Shown here piece by piece: positions 36,562 through 45,775 of a stretch of DNA of 64,000 nt; positions within the stretch are counted from its first letter, which is position 1; every line of letters begins with the position of its first letter. Location: positions 32,001 to 96,000 of the IMG/VR virus record IMGVR_UViG_3300031867_000020; one strand, written 5' to 3'. Position numbers and translations under genes: made by a program. Below the pieces are notes generated by a model, which was not told where the DNA came from, made no database searches, and saw only the letters and a list, made by a program, of their open reading frames with translations. The stretch is from a virus. Its lineage: Duplodnaviria; Caudoviricetes.

Positions 36562-38948
36562 GCGAAATCATTCATTTACAAGCGGATAGCAATCGGACAG
36601 ATATCCCAATGCACATATCGGTGGAACGTGTCATTGAAGGCATCAGCCCGACAGTAGAATTCAACGATGTGGACAATGGCACAGAAATGGTTGTGACCGA
36701 TATCCATGGCGAGCACTCTACGGTCATTCCTGACGGATATACGCCTGTAAAGGGCGTAGACTACTGGACAGAGGAAGACCAGGCTGACGTGCAATCCGCT
36801 ATCGATAACGCGACAAATGCCGCGCAGAGAGCTACAAACGCCGCAACAGGAGCTACAAATGCAGCTCAAGACGCTTACAGCGCGACAACCAAAGCAACAA
36901 ATGCAGCGAGCTCTGCCAATGGAGCAGCAAGTAGCGCTAACACAGCGGCAACAATGGCGAACAGTGCCGCGCAAAGAGCACAAGCTTCTGCTACCGCAGC
37001 AGACAACGCAACTGCTAATGCCAACACGGCCACGTCCAGAGCCAACGCAGCCACAGCGAGAGCCAACAGCGCGGCATCTGAACTGGAGAACCTGAGCGCA
37101 AGCGCTACAACACTTGAGCCTGATCAACAGGCAACTGTCAACTATAGTAATAGTAAGCTAACGCTTGGCGTCCCAAGAGGAAAAGACGGAGAGAAAGGTT
37201 ATTCTCCGACGGCTACTGTTACCAAATCCGGCAAAACAGCGACGATCACTATTACAGATGAAAACGGCACAACAACGGCTGTTGTCAATGATGGGCAGGA
37301 CGGTTATACACCCGTTAAAGGCGTTGACTATTTCGATGGTGCCAAGGGCGACCCCGGCAAAGACGGTGAAGACTACGTTCTGACTGAGCAGGACAAGGCT
37401 GAGATCGCACAGATGACTATCGATGATACCGCTGCTGCTGGCACGACTGACAAGACATGGAGCGCAGATAAAATCGCTGCTGAGATCGCTGCTGGGACAG
37501 GAGTGCTTGTTGAGCTGAATATTGCTCGCGCTGGAACGGTTACAACTGAGGCTTCTATCGCGGATATTCTTGCTGATATCGAAGCTGGGAAGCATGTTTA
37601 CGGACTTGCACATCTCGAAGGAAATCTCGGAACTACAGCAAACGCTTACGCGCCGATGCTTGCCATCAGTCTTAGTGGCGTAATGGCGGCGGTTGCTTGC
37701 ACTTTCAATATCATGGAAGGTGAAATTCAGGTACTGGGCGTATCTACGAGAAGCGGGGATGCATGGCAGATGCAATCGCAGATACACATGAAGGCTGTTG
37801 CTGCCTCTATGGAAGATCGGCCTGAATCCTTCAACGCAATGAACTTGCCTATCTCTGGCCTCGGAGCGCCTGTTAACGCTACAGATGCTGCCACCAAACA
37901 GTATGTGGATGAACACGCTGGCAGTGGAACTGTTACCGACGTTCAAGTCAACGGAACGAGTGTGGTCACGAATGGTGTGGCGAATGTGCCGATTGCTGAT
38001 GTCTCGCAGCCCGGCGTGGTCCAACCTTCTAATATATATGGGATTGGTGTGTTCAGCAATGGCGTTATTTATCTAAAAACTCCATCCGATGCGAATATTA
38101 AGGCGGGATATGGATATAGCGCATTACAACCGCCGCAACAACATTTAGCAACCTTCTACGGCCTTGCTAAAGCTTCAGGCGACACTACGCAGTCTCAGTC
38201 CTCCAATGCAATTGGAACATACACCGACAGCGCGAAGGCTTCAATCCAGTCTATGCTGGGTGTCAGCTCTATGCTTGCGCCGAGTGAAACAGAGGGAAGC
38301 GGAGCCAGTCGTAACTATGTTGTCGGTGAGACGTTCACGATGAACGGCAAGTTGTATAAAGCCACTATTGCGATCACAGAGAACGATGTTGTTACAAGCG
38401 GTGTCAACTGCGCTGAGACAAACGTTGCGGATATTATTTCTTCACTCAGTAACAATAGTGGTGTAGAGGTGTTTGATTTCAACCTTGACCAACAAGATAC
38501 AGTTACAACTACCGCCACTGTTGTTAATATTATTGCCGCCATAGACTCTGGAAAGACAGCTTTGGGCCATTTGATTATGGCTGGCGTAGGTGGTAACTTA
38601 GACAGTTATACACCTCTGGCAGTTACCACAATGGGATCTGTCATGGCGCTTGTGTTGGGCAGGTTTGATATGGGTGATATTGAAATCTGGATAAACGGAC
38701 AAAGCAGAAATGGTACAGATACATGGGGCGCAAATTTTGTACAGACATTGAAAGCAACAGGGGATAACAGCGGAGGACTTCCTCAAGTTTATAATGCCGC
38801 TTCTATGCGCATCAAGAATCTTGGCGCTCCGATTGCCAACGCCGATGCCGCAACCAAGCAATACGTCGATGATTCCGTTCTTTCTCAGACTGGCTTGTCC
38901 GTTGTTAACGGTCAGCTTTGCATATCCTACGAGGAGGAAAATGCATGA
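36558..38948 (+). CDS. tail fibre protein (Ala-rich coiled coil, collagen-like triplets, duplicated domain)
   Basis: 796 aa; Ala/Asn heptads, GxKGD, two GYTPVKGVDY and two DAATKQYVD motifs. Confidence 0.7.
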   Translation: MSEIIHLQADSNRTDIPMHISVERVIEGISPTVEFNDVDNGTEMVVTDIHGEHSTVIPDGYTPVKGVDYWTEEDQADVQSAIDNATNAAQRATNAATGATNAAQDAYSATTKATNAASSANGAASSANTAATMANSAAQRAQASATAADNATANANTATSRANAATARANSAASELENLSASATTLEPDQQATVNYSNSKLTLGVPRGKDGEKGYSPTATVTKSGKTATITITDENGTTTAVVNDGQDGYTPVKGVDYFDGAKGDPGKDGEDYVLTEQDKAEIAQMTIDDTAAAGTTDKTWSADKIAAEIAAGTGVLVELNIARAGTVTTEASIADILADIEAGKHVYGLAHLEGNLGTTANAYAPMLAISLSGVMAAVACTFNIMEGEIQVLGVSTRSGDAWQMQSQIHMKAVAASMEDRPESFNAMNLPISGLGAPVNATDAATKQYVDEHAGSGTVTDVQVNGTSVVTNGVANVPIADVSQPGVVQPSNIYGIGVFSNGVIYLKTPSDANIKAGYGYSALQPPQQHLATFYGLAKASGDTTQSQSSNAIGTYTDSAKASIQSMLGVSSMLAPSETEGSGASRNYVVGETFTMNGKLYKATIAITENDVVTSGVNCAETNVADIISSLSNNSGVEVFDFNLDQQDTVTTTATVVNIIAAIDSGKTALGHLIMAGVGGNLDSYTPLAVTTMGSVMALVLGRFDMGDIEIWINGQSRNGTDTWGANFVQTLKATGDNSGGLPQVYNAASMRIKNLGAPIANADAATKQYVDDSVLSQTGLSVVNGQLCISYEEENA

Positions 38949-38976
38949 TTTGCATATTTATTAAGGAGGTGAGTGC

Positions 38977-39171
38977 ATGAGCACAGTCACAAAACCTATT
39001 ATGTTAGATGAAACAGGTCAGGCGATTGTAACACAATTACAACGAGCAAGCGCATTGCAGGGCCCTAAAGGAGACCCCGGTGACGATTATGTGCTGACCG
39101 CACAGGATAAAGAAGACATCGCTGAAATTGTTTTGACTCTGCTTCCCTCTGCAACGGGGGTGAGCTTCTGA
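38977..39171 (+). CDS. small fibre-associated protein
   Basis: 64 aa; GGAGGTG RBS; shares N-terminal module with 41409 gene. Confidence 0.65.
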   Translation: MSTVTKPIMLDETGQAIVTQLQRASALQGPKGDPGDDYVLTAQDKEDIAEIVLTLLPSATGVSF

Positions 39172-40769
39172 TGTCTAATTATGTTGTAAGCGATACGACA
39201 CTGACTTCAATTGCCAATGCTATCAGGACAAAAGGTGGCACAAGCGCAAGCTTAACTTTCCCGCAAGGGTTTGTGGATGCCATCGGGGAGATCAGCGGGG
39301 GCGGGGGCGGTATCACCGTTCCAGCCTACAATCCGCACGTGGATGCTGATGGTGTATGGCATCGACCGAGCGCATGGCCTGTTCTGGATGATTTACCCGC
39401 TGTGTCAGATACTGATTACTTCTATTTGCTCTTTGACAATGCGAAAGAAGATGCGTTTCTATCTATTGGATGTAGGACTGTCAGCGGCCAATGGACGATC
39501 GAACGTGGAAATGTTGTAAATGGCGTTTTCATAGTAGCCGACGCGCATACTTACAATTCAAGTGGCAATGGAAACGCCTATAAGGCCGCAACTGATGGAT
39601 GGGGCGATTATCCAGTTTTTCGTATAAGTGCCACAGGAGGAATCAATTATATTTATTTCGGCAATTCGCCTACGGCTAATGGCACAACTTTGGCGAAAAA
39701 CTGGAACAGAATGACCGAAGCCGTACTTCATATTAAAACAGGGTGCAATATCGACCAATTCAGTGCCTTATGGAGTTTGGAGCGGTTTTCGTGGATTGAC
39801 GGCGTGCCAGTAGGGTCGATCAACTTTGATGGGTGCTATAATCTTGCGGTTATTGACGGGCTTGAAGACTGGGATACAAGTGGCGTAACGAGCCTGAACG
39901 CAGCCTTCCGCAATTGCTGGTCAATGCTGGCGTTTGATCTCCACAAGTGGGATGTAAGCAACGTGAAATCTATCGGCAACCAAGGCGGTGCAGCAGGACT
40001 TTTCTGCTACTGCTATGCGCTAAAAGAGATCAACATCTGCGGGTGGAAACTTTCGAAGTGCACGCAATCAGGAAATGTTTTTCAAGAAGACTATAGCTTG
40101 ATAAAGCTTGAAATGGCAGGGATAGAAATGCCACTGATCACATTTTGCGGAAGGTGGTTTTTAAACTGCCGATCACTGAAGGAAATAGATGTTTCCACGC
40201 TTGACACGTCGAATATCACAACTATGAACGAAATGTTTAGCTCGTGCTATAACCTCGAAAAAATCATTGGTATAGAAGATTGGGATGTAAGTGCATGTAC
40301 AAACTTTGTTAGTATGTTTCAAAACTGCGCAGCTTTGGAGCGGCTTGATTTAAGCAAATGGCGACCAACGTCCGTGACGAGTATGAGCAGTTTACCGGGC
40401 GTATCGGGATGCAAAAATTTGAAATACTATAACGTATCTGGGTGGGATACTTCCGGCATGACAGGCGGGCATATCTTCACGAAACCTGATGCACCAACCT
40501 ATCATAATATGACAGGCTGGACGATCCCGGATGACAATCTCAACTGCTTGCCAAACAACGCTTTTATGGTGGATTATTATCCTCCCACTGTGCGAGTCAG
40601 TCATTCTTACAATGGCTCGTATAATTTGAGTCACGCTTCCTTGATGCGCATCCTTAACAGCTTGCCGACAGTGACCACGGCGCAAACGCTCACACTTGGC
40701 GTAGTAAAGGCACGACTCACCGCTGAAGAAATTGCGATTGCAACAGCAAAGGGGTGGACAGTAGCATGA
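39171..40769 (+). CDS. BspA/DUF285-like leucine-rich-repeat protein, probable receptor-binding fibre
   Basis: Repeats of 'WD(T/V)S..T....(M/A)F.NC..L..(I/L)D'; N-terminal 'LTSIANAIRTKGGTS..LTFP..FV.AI' fibre attachment motif. Confidence 0.75.
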   Translation: MSNYVVSDTTLTSIANAIRTKGGTSASLTFPQGFVDAIGEISGGGGGITVPAYNPHVDADGVWHRPSAWPVLDDLPAVSDTDYFYLLFDNAKEDAFLSIGCRTVSGQWTIERGNVVNGVFIVADAHTYNSSGNGNAYKAATDGWGDYPVFRISATGGINYIYFGNSPTANGTTLAKNWNRMTEAVLHIKTGCNIDQFSALWSLERFSWIDGVPVGSINFDGCYNLAVIDGLEDWDTSGVTSLNAAFRNCWSMLAFDLHKWDVSNVKSIGNQGGAAGLFCYCYALKEINICGWKLSKCTQSGNVFQEDYSLIKLEMAGIEMPLITFCGRWFLNCRSLKEIDVSTLDTSNITTMNEMFSSCYNLEKIIGIEDWDVSACTNFVSMFQNCAALERLDLSKWRPTSVTSMSSLPGVSGCKNLKYYNVSGWDTSGMTGGHIFTKPDAPTYHNMTGWTIPDDNLNCLPNNAFMVDYYPPTVRVSHSYNGSYNLSHASLMRILNSLPTVTTAQTLTLGVVKARLTAEEIAIATAKGWTVA

Positions 40770-40978
40770 TTATTGAAGGAAATGTATTAACCGCCGACGA
40801 GGGCAAAATACTCACTAATGGCGAGACATATTCCGAACAAGTATATCTCGGCATCCACGACAGCCCGGACAACTGGCGCGAAGTGGACGCAGCGGACGGG
40901 ATCACCGAAACCTCGCCGACCGATGACGAAGCCGACCTTGCCGAGGCGGCGCGCATCCTGCTGGGGGTGAGCGAATGA
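40766..40978 (+). CDS. small tail-fibre-associated protein
   Basis: 'LTADEGKILTNGE....VYLG..DS..NW.E' motif; ATGA coupling. Confidence 0.65.
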   Translation: MIIEGNVLTADEGKILTNGETYSEQVYLGIHDSPDNWREVDAADGITETSPTDDEADLAEAARILLGVSE

Positions 40979-41391
40979 GCTATGTCGAGCTGGCGCGAAA
41001 GCTTCGCCCTTATATTGAAAAAGCTGCGCAGAGTCTTGATGACACCGATGCTTTAGAAGCAGTTTACCTTTATCCTGAATGGTCTGGAGAAAGTGTTGAG
41101 TATAAAACTGATATCCGTCTGCGTTATGGTGATAAACTTTATAAGGTGCTTCAGCCTCATATGAGCCAAAAGACTTGGAGTCCTGATGTTACTCCAAGTC
41201 TTTATGCTCTTGTTCTTATTCCTGATCCTAAAGTCGTTCCAGATTGGGTTCAGCCCGATTCTACCAATCCTTACATGAAAGGTGATAAGGTCAAACATAA
41301 CGGTAAGACTTGGGAGAGTTTGATTGATAACAATGTTTGGGAGCCCGGTGCTGTCGGAACAGAAGCCCTTTGGGCAGAAATCAATTCTTAA
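40975..41391 (+). CDS. carbohydrate-binding (CBM5/12, ChtBD3-like) repeat protein
   Basis: 'Y..GD.V.HNGKTW.S..DNNVWEPG....LW' plus a second repeat. Confidence 0.75.
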   Translation: MSYVELARKLRPYIEKAAQSLDDTDALEAVYLYPEWSGESVEYKTDIRLRYGDKLYKVLQPHMSQKTWSPDVTPSLYALVLIPDPKVVPDWVQPDSTNPYMKGDKVKHNGKTWESLIDNNVWEPGAVGTEALWAEINS

Positions 41392-41408
41392 TAAATTGAA
41401 AAGGATGG

Positions 41409-42197
41409 ATGTACATGGCTTCAATTAGTAAGCCTCCTATTTTAGACGAAACAGGCAAGGCAATTCTAAATGAACTTGAACGGCTGACAGCTATTGCTGG
41501 ACCTCCGGGAGAAGATTATGTTTTAACTTCGGCAGACAAAGCAGAAATTGCCGGGATGGTGGACGCGCCTGTCACCGACGTGCAGGTCAACAGGACGAGC
41601 ATTTTGCAGGACGGCGTAGCAAATGTGCCTGTAGCAGGTGCAAATCGCCTTGGCGCGGCAATGGTCAAGAACCCTGATCTGTATGGGATTGGTTTAGACA
41701 GTGACGGCAACATCAGGACAAGTCCGCCCAGCGTAGCAAATTATAAAGCAGGGATTGCTACTTACAAACCCGTTTGCGTTGCAAATCAGCACGCCGCCGC
41801 TTTCTACGGTCTTGCCAAAGCCGCCGGAGATACCACGCAGAGCCAGAGCAGCAACGCAGTCGGTGCGTACACCGAATCCGCGAAGTCCGCGATCAGCGAA
41901 ATGCTTGGCGGTGCGGTGGAGATCAGCGACACGACGCCGAGCATCACCGGCATGGCCGGGGTGCGCTATGTGTGCGGAGAGTGTGCGACACTGGACGTTA
42001 TCGCCCCGGCGACGGGCTGCATCGACGTGACATTCACCAGCGGCAGCACGCCGACCGCGCTGACCGTCACAAGCGCGAAGGCAAACACGACGATCAGGTG
42101 GGCGAATGGGTTTGATCCGAGTGCGCTTGACGCCGATACCGTCTACGAAATCAACGTGTTGGACGGCGAGCTGGGGGTGGCGGCAGCATGGACTTAA
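41409..42197 (+). CDS. tail fibre-like protein
   Basis: 262 aa; modules shared with the 38977 and 36558 genes. Confidence 0.65.
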   Translation: MYMASISKPPILDETGKAILNELERLTAIAGPPGEDYVLTSADKAEIAGMVDAPVTDVQVNRTSILQDGVANVPVAGANRLGAAMVKNPDLYGIGLDSDGNIRTSPPSVANYKAGIATYKPVCVANQHAAAFYGLAKAAGDTTQSQSSNAVGAYTESAKSAISEMLGGAVEISDTTPSITGMAGVRYVCGECATLDVIAPATGCIDVTFTSGSTPTALTVTSAKANTTIRWANGFDPSALDADTVYEINVLDGELGVAAAWT

Positions 42198-42787
42198 TGA
42201 TTCGGAGAGGGGTGCTTAGCACTATGGGCGCGAAATCATCTGGCACGGCGGTTGTCAATGACAGCACTAAATCCCTCGAAATGAATTGGAGTGCCTCAAA
42301 CAGAAGCGGAACCCTGTCCAGATTGTTTGACCGGTGCCCGCTCAGGGTGATATATCTGGCTGGCATAAAATCATTAGATGGGCCTGGTTATTTCTTCCAA
42401 CATATGTACGACCTGAAGGCGGCTATCTTTCCTGATGCGACGACTGTTAGCGCAAATTATTTGCTCTGGGCTGCAGAATCAAACAACATTCAGGAGCACG
42501 GTACTTATACCGCCGTAGATTTTCATAAGGCGGTGTCGATAAATGTCACATGCCCGTTCCGACTGGATGGCGGAGGGGACATGATTCTTCGTGCAGACGA
42601 ATTGTCAACGTCGAGGATGACAGCCACAACGTGGGGCGTGAACAAAAATATGCAGTTCTATGTTCCGCAAGCCTTGCTAACCGCATACAGAGAAGCGGAA
42701 AACTGGAACACATTTGAAGCGACGAATTTTCATGCGATAGAGGGCAGTAAATACGAGAACGTCAACTGGTGGAAGTCGATCACCTGA
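42188..42787 (+). CDS. putative LRR_5-like fibre tip protein
   Basis: C-terminal 'FYVPQALLTAYREAENW' is typical of the BspA-type LRR cap. Confidence 0.5.
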   Translation: MDLMIRRGVLSTMGAKSSGTAVVNDSTKSLEMNWSASNRSGTLSRLFDRCPLRVIYLAGIKSLDGPGYFFQHMYDLKAAIFPDATTVSANYLLWAAESNNIQEHGTYTAVDFHKAVSINVTCPFRLDGGGDMILRADELSTSRMTATTWGVNKNMQFYVPQALLTAYREAENWNTFEATNFHAIEGSKYENVNWWKSIT

Positions 42788-42804
42788 CAGAAAGGAGCAT
42801 CACC

Positions 42805-43161
42805 ATGCGTCAAATCTACGAAGTCAACGCGACCCATGTGGTCATCAGCGACTCACACCCGGAAGGCGTTTACAGCGTCCTGCCGGACTACCCGAAGCGG
42901 TTTGACAGCCGCAACTACAACGCGACCGAGCAGAACCCCAACGGCGACGAAGCCCGTGCCCTTGAGGTCGCACAGGCCGAGTTTTACAGCCGTGTCAGCG
43001 CGAACCTGACCGCCGCCAACCGCGCAATGTGGGCGGTGACACTGACCCGTGCGGACGGGAAACAGATCATGCGCGAGAGCCGGGGAGTTTTCCCGGACAT
43101 GACGCCGGAGCCGGAACCGGAGACGGAGCCGAAGAACGAGATTCCTCTGGAAGACAACTGA
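42805..43161 (+). CDS. hypothetical protein with acidic EP-rich tail
   Basis: Start revised to ATG 42805 (AAAGGAG RBS). Confidence 0.65.
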   Translation: MRQIYEVNATHVVISDSHPEGVYSVLPDYPKRFDSRNYNATEQNPNGDEARALEVAQAEFYSRVSANLTAANRAMWAVTLTRADGKQIMRESRGVFPDMTPEPEPETEPKNEIPLEDN

Positions 43162-43200
43162 ATAACAACTGAATATACTAACAACTAAGGGGGAGTTGCA

Positions 43201-43482
43201 ATGGATCTTCATTTCTATGCACAGAAGAAGTTTGTCAAGAGCGGGACGCCTCAGACGCCTCAGAACTATCCTTATGCTACACGAGCTGAAGCCGAGCGGC
43301 AGTTCTATCTGCTCTGCGCTGCGGCTATCGCCAACACCAATGGTGACGATATCGTCTCCGTGGAGTATGGCACAATCGAACAGGGTGTGCTTGAGCGCAG
43401 GTTCTGGAACCATATACCGGAACCGGAACCCGAACCGGAAGTGGAAGAAACACCCGAAGACGAGGAACCCACTGAGGAGTGA
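43201..43482 (+). CDS. hypothetical protein with acidic EP-rich tail
   Basis: 93 aa; GGGGGAG RBS. Confidence 0.65.
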   Translation: MDLHFYAQKKFVKSGTPQTPQNYPYATRAEAERQFYLLCAAAIANTNGDDIVSVEYGTIEQGVLERRFWNHIPEPEPEPEVEETPEDEEPTEE

Positions 43483-43487
43483 GGTAA

Positions 43488-43592
43488 ATGAGTGGCATAC
43501 TGCTTTTCGGAGCTGTGTTTATCATTCTGGTCGGTGTGATGTGCTGCCTGAAGATGGGGAGCGATGAGGATAACCGGGGCGGATACGCATGA
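43488..43592 (+). CDS. 34-aa single-pass membrane peptide
   Basis: MSGILLFGAVFIILVGVMCCLKMGSDEDNRGGYA; GAGGT RBS; ATGA overlap with endolysin start. Confidence 0.55.
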   Translation: MSGILLFGAVFIILVGVMCCLKMGSDEDNRGGYA

Positions 43593-44347
43593 AAACAGTC
43601 ACCGTAGCTCAGCTGGAAGCCATCTTCAAAAAGATGTGGAAGGAAGACTGGGAATACATATGGGGAAAACATAAGGAAGGAACTGTTGATTGCAGCGGTT
43701 CTTTCGTCTATGCGTTCTCTTTGTATGGTATAAATTATCCTAATGGTTCCAATACTATCGCAAGAAAATATACCATCGGTGGCATGAAACCAATCTCCGA
43801 AGCAAAACCCGGAATGGCAGCTTTTAAAATCAGGAAACCAGGCGAACAATATTACAACCTCCCGGCTAAGTACAAGCCGGGAGGTTCGTCTTACAATGGC
43901 GATGTTGCGGACTATTATCACATCGGCCTGGTGGATTATGACACGAATTACGTCCTGAATGCTCAAGGAACTAAGAACGACTTCGAAAGAAACAGGATTA
44001 ACTCATGGGACTTCGTAGCCTACTTAAAATATGTAGACTACGAAACAAAATATCAACCACATGACGAGGTGAGTCCAATGACCTACTATGTCAAAGGCGG
44101 CACGCTGAACCTTCGCGCGGCTGCCAGCACATCCAGTCTCCGTCTCGCCCAGATTCCTGAAGGCACAGCTGTCAAGGTTCTGGAGCAGAAATTGGACGAC
44201 TGGTGGCTTATCGAATACGAAGGTAAGTCAGGATATGTTAAGCGCGAATATCTTGAAGAAAGGGCTTCTGGCGGCAGCACGATCACTATATCGAGAGATC
44301 AGGCGACCGCACTCTATCAAGCATTGAAGGCTGCGCTGAATCTTTAA
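43589..44347 (+). CDS. endolysin, NlpC/P60-type catalytic domain plus SH3b
   Basis: 'Y.WG......DCSG', 'HIGL' catalytic Cys/His; C-terminal 'LNLR.......L..IP.GT.V.V......WW..Y.GK.GYV...YL'. Confidence 0.85.
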   Translation: MKTVTVAQLEAIFKKMWKEDWEYIWGKHKEGTVDCSGSFVYAFSLYGINYPNGSNTIARKYTIGGMKPISEAKPGMAAFKIRKPGEQYYNLPAKYKPGGSSYNGDVADYYHIGLVDYDTNYVLNAQGTKNDFERNRINSWDFVAYLKYVDYETKYQPHDEVSPMTYYVKGGTLNLRAAASTSSLRLAQIPEGTAVKVLEQKLDDWWLIEYEGKSGYVKREYLEERASGGSTITISRDQATALYQALKAALNL

Positions 44348-44353
44348 TAGGGG

Positions 44354-44836
44354 ATGATCCTTATGGAGGAAGCAATATTAAAAGCCCTTCAATGGTTGGA
44401 GGGACACTGGGGCTGGGTCGTCGGTGTGTTCTGCGTATTCTTCGAGGTTGCGCCGATCAAGATCCATCCCATTACGTCGATGCTCAGTTGGCTCGGCAGG
44501 AAACTGACGGATGAAATCCGCAAGGATATCGCTGAGCTGAAGAAAGATACGGACGCGAACTATGTCGCGCTGGAGAAGAGGCTTGCAGACAACGAGAAAG
44601 CCCTTGATATGCAGCGCATGGCCAACATTAAGACGCTTGTGCTGGACTTTGCCAATACGTGCAGGAATGGACACAGGCACACGAAGGAAGAGTTCGACTA
44701 CGTGCTGTCAGAAAACGGCGTATACGAAACTCTTGTTGAGAAGTACAACATTAAGAACGACGTATATAAGGAAGATTATAAATACGTCAAGAAGATCTAT
44801 CAAGAATGTCTTGATCAGAACAAATTTCTGGCATAA
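44354..44836 (+). CDS. lysis-cassette membrane protein
   Basis: N-terminal hydrophobic segment 'FEVAPIKIHP...LG' plus coiled coil; next to the endolysin. Confidence 0.6.
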   Translation: MILMEEAILKALQWLEGHWGWVVGVFCVFFEVAPIKIHPITSMLSWLGRKLTDEIRKDIAELKKDTDANYVALEKRLADNEKALDMQRMANIKTLVLDFANTCRNGHRHTKEEFDYVLSENGVYETLVEKYNIKNDVYKEDYKYVKKIYQECLDQNKFLA

Positions 44837-44839
44837 GGA

Positions 44840-45118
44840 GTGACGAAAATGGCACAAAGAACCCAGAAGTATATCCAATATTCCAAGAAGCTTGTGACCG
44901 CCATCATGATCGTATGGTGCGTGATCCGTGTGTTCTCTGTGCTTGCGTCTTTTCTGAAGCCGGAGATCGATCTGACAGGCATTGTCAGGGGAGTAGACGA
45001 AATAGCAATGGTAAATGTGCTCGCTTATACAGGTAACTCTGTCAGCGAGAAAATTGCCATTCAGTATTTCAACTCCAGGAAAGAAACAACCGAAGAGGAC
45101 GAGGAGTCCAATGGATAA
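44840..45118 (+). CDS. two-TM holin-like protein
   Basis: 'YSKKLV' followed by hydrophobic helices; acidic tail. Confidence 0.55.
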   Translation: MTKMAQRTQKYIQYSKKLVTAIMIVWCVIRVFSVLASFLKPEIDLTGIVRGVDEIAMVNVLAYTGNSVSEKIAIQYFNSRKETTEEDEESNG

Positions 45119-45121
45119 GGA

Positions 45122-45460
45122 GTGTTTGCAATGAACGAATTCATTATGGCGCTGGACTGGACCAAGATCATCATTTCTGCTTTAGGTATTTTTGTTGCTG
45201 TTTGTGCTGGTCTTATTACGAAGTATATCCTGCCGTGGCTCAAGGAAAAGAACCTTGTTGCTGCTGCGCAGGTTGCTGTTAACGCCGCTGAGGCTGTTAT
45301 TGGCCGCTACAACGGGACGGAAAAGCTTCAGTACGCGCTTGACGTGATGAAGGAGCGCGGCTACAATATCAAAAGCAACGCTGTGATCAATGCCATTAAG
45401 GCTGCTTGGAAGGAACTTGACCTGTATATGCTGGCTTCCGGTATCAAGCAGGCAAGCTAA
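45122..45460 (+). CDS. holin, LL-H-like
   Basis: One TM, then 'ILPWLK', 'AV.AAE', 'G.EKL.YA' pattern. Confidence 0.75.
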   Translation: MFAMNEFIMALDWTKIIISALGIFVAVCAGLITKYILPWLKEKNLVAAAQVAVNAAEAVIGRYNGTEKLQYALDVMKERGYNIKSNAVINAIKAAWKELDLYMLASGIKQAS

Positions 45461-45481
45461 GGTATCATGTGAGAAGAGATA

Positions 45482-45519
45482 AAAAATGGGATGCCCTTTT
45501 TGTGGGGCATCCCATTTTT
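45482..45519. terminator. bidirectional terminator ending the late operon
   Basis: AAAAATGGGATGCCC...GGGCATCCCATTTTT inverted repeat. Confidence 0.85.
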
Positions 45520-45635
45520 ATTCGATCGTTGGTTAAAAAGACGATCTGAACCTTACCTGAAAGTAGGCTTGTTGCCATCTGATTCAATGGCAGCGAACAT
45601 GTATAGCGAATGCTCGTATTATGCATTTACGTTGA

Positions 45636-45678
45636 TTGGTAAGGATGAGGTCGCCAGTTCGAATCTGGCTATCAGCTC
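45636..45678 (+). mobile_element. attP: attP core: 3' half of a tRNA-Thr(GGT) gene
   Basis: TTGGTAA anticodon loop, GGATG, AGGTC, GCCAG-TTCGAAT-CTGGC T arm, TATCAGC acceptor 3' strand; no matching 5' half; next to the integrase 3' end. Confidence 0.8.
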
Positions 45679-45680
45679 GC

Positions 45681-45708
45681 AAAACCAGTCAGAAATGGCT
45701 GGTTTTTT
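45681..45708 (+). terminator. replacement terminator for the reconstituted host tRNA
   Basis: AAAACCAGTC-agaaat-GGCTGGTTTTTT directly after the att core. Confidence 0.7.
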
Positions 45709-45775
45709 CGTTGCTTTGAGGCTAAAAATGCAGGAAATTGGTGGCTGACTTGCAAGTGACCATCCGATGCACATG

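Noticed and set aside
37930-41910. Possible diversity-generating retroelement TR/VR pair in the fibre genes
   Set aside because: Differences are mostly synonymous and not adenine-specific, and there is no reverse transcriptase in the window
45600-45680. Full-length phage tRNA-Thr gene
   Set aside because: No 5' acceptor strand, D arm or 5' anticodon stem; read as attP core instead
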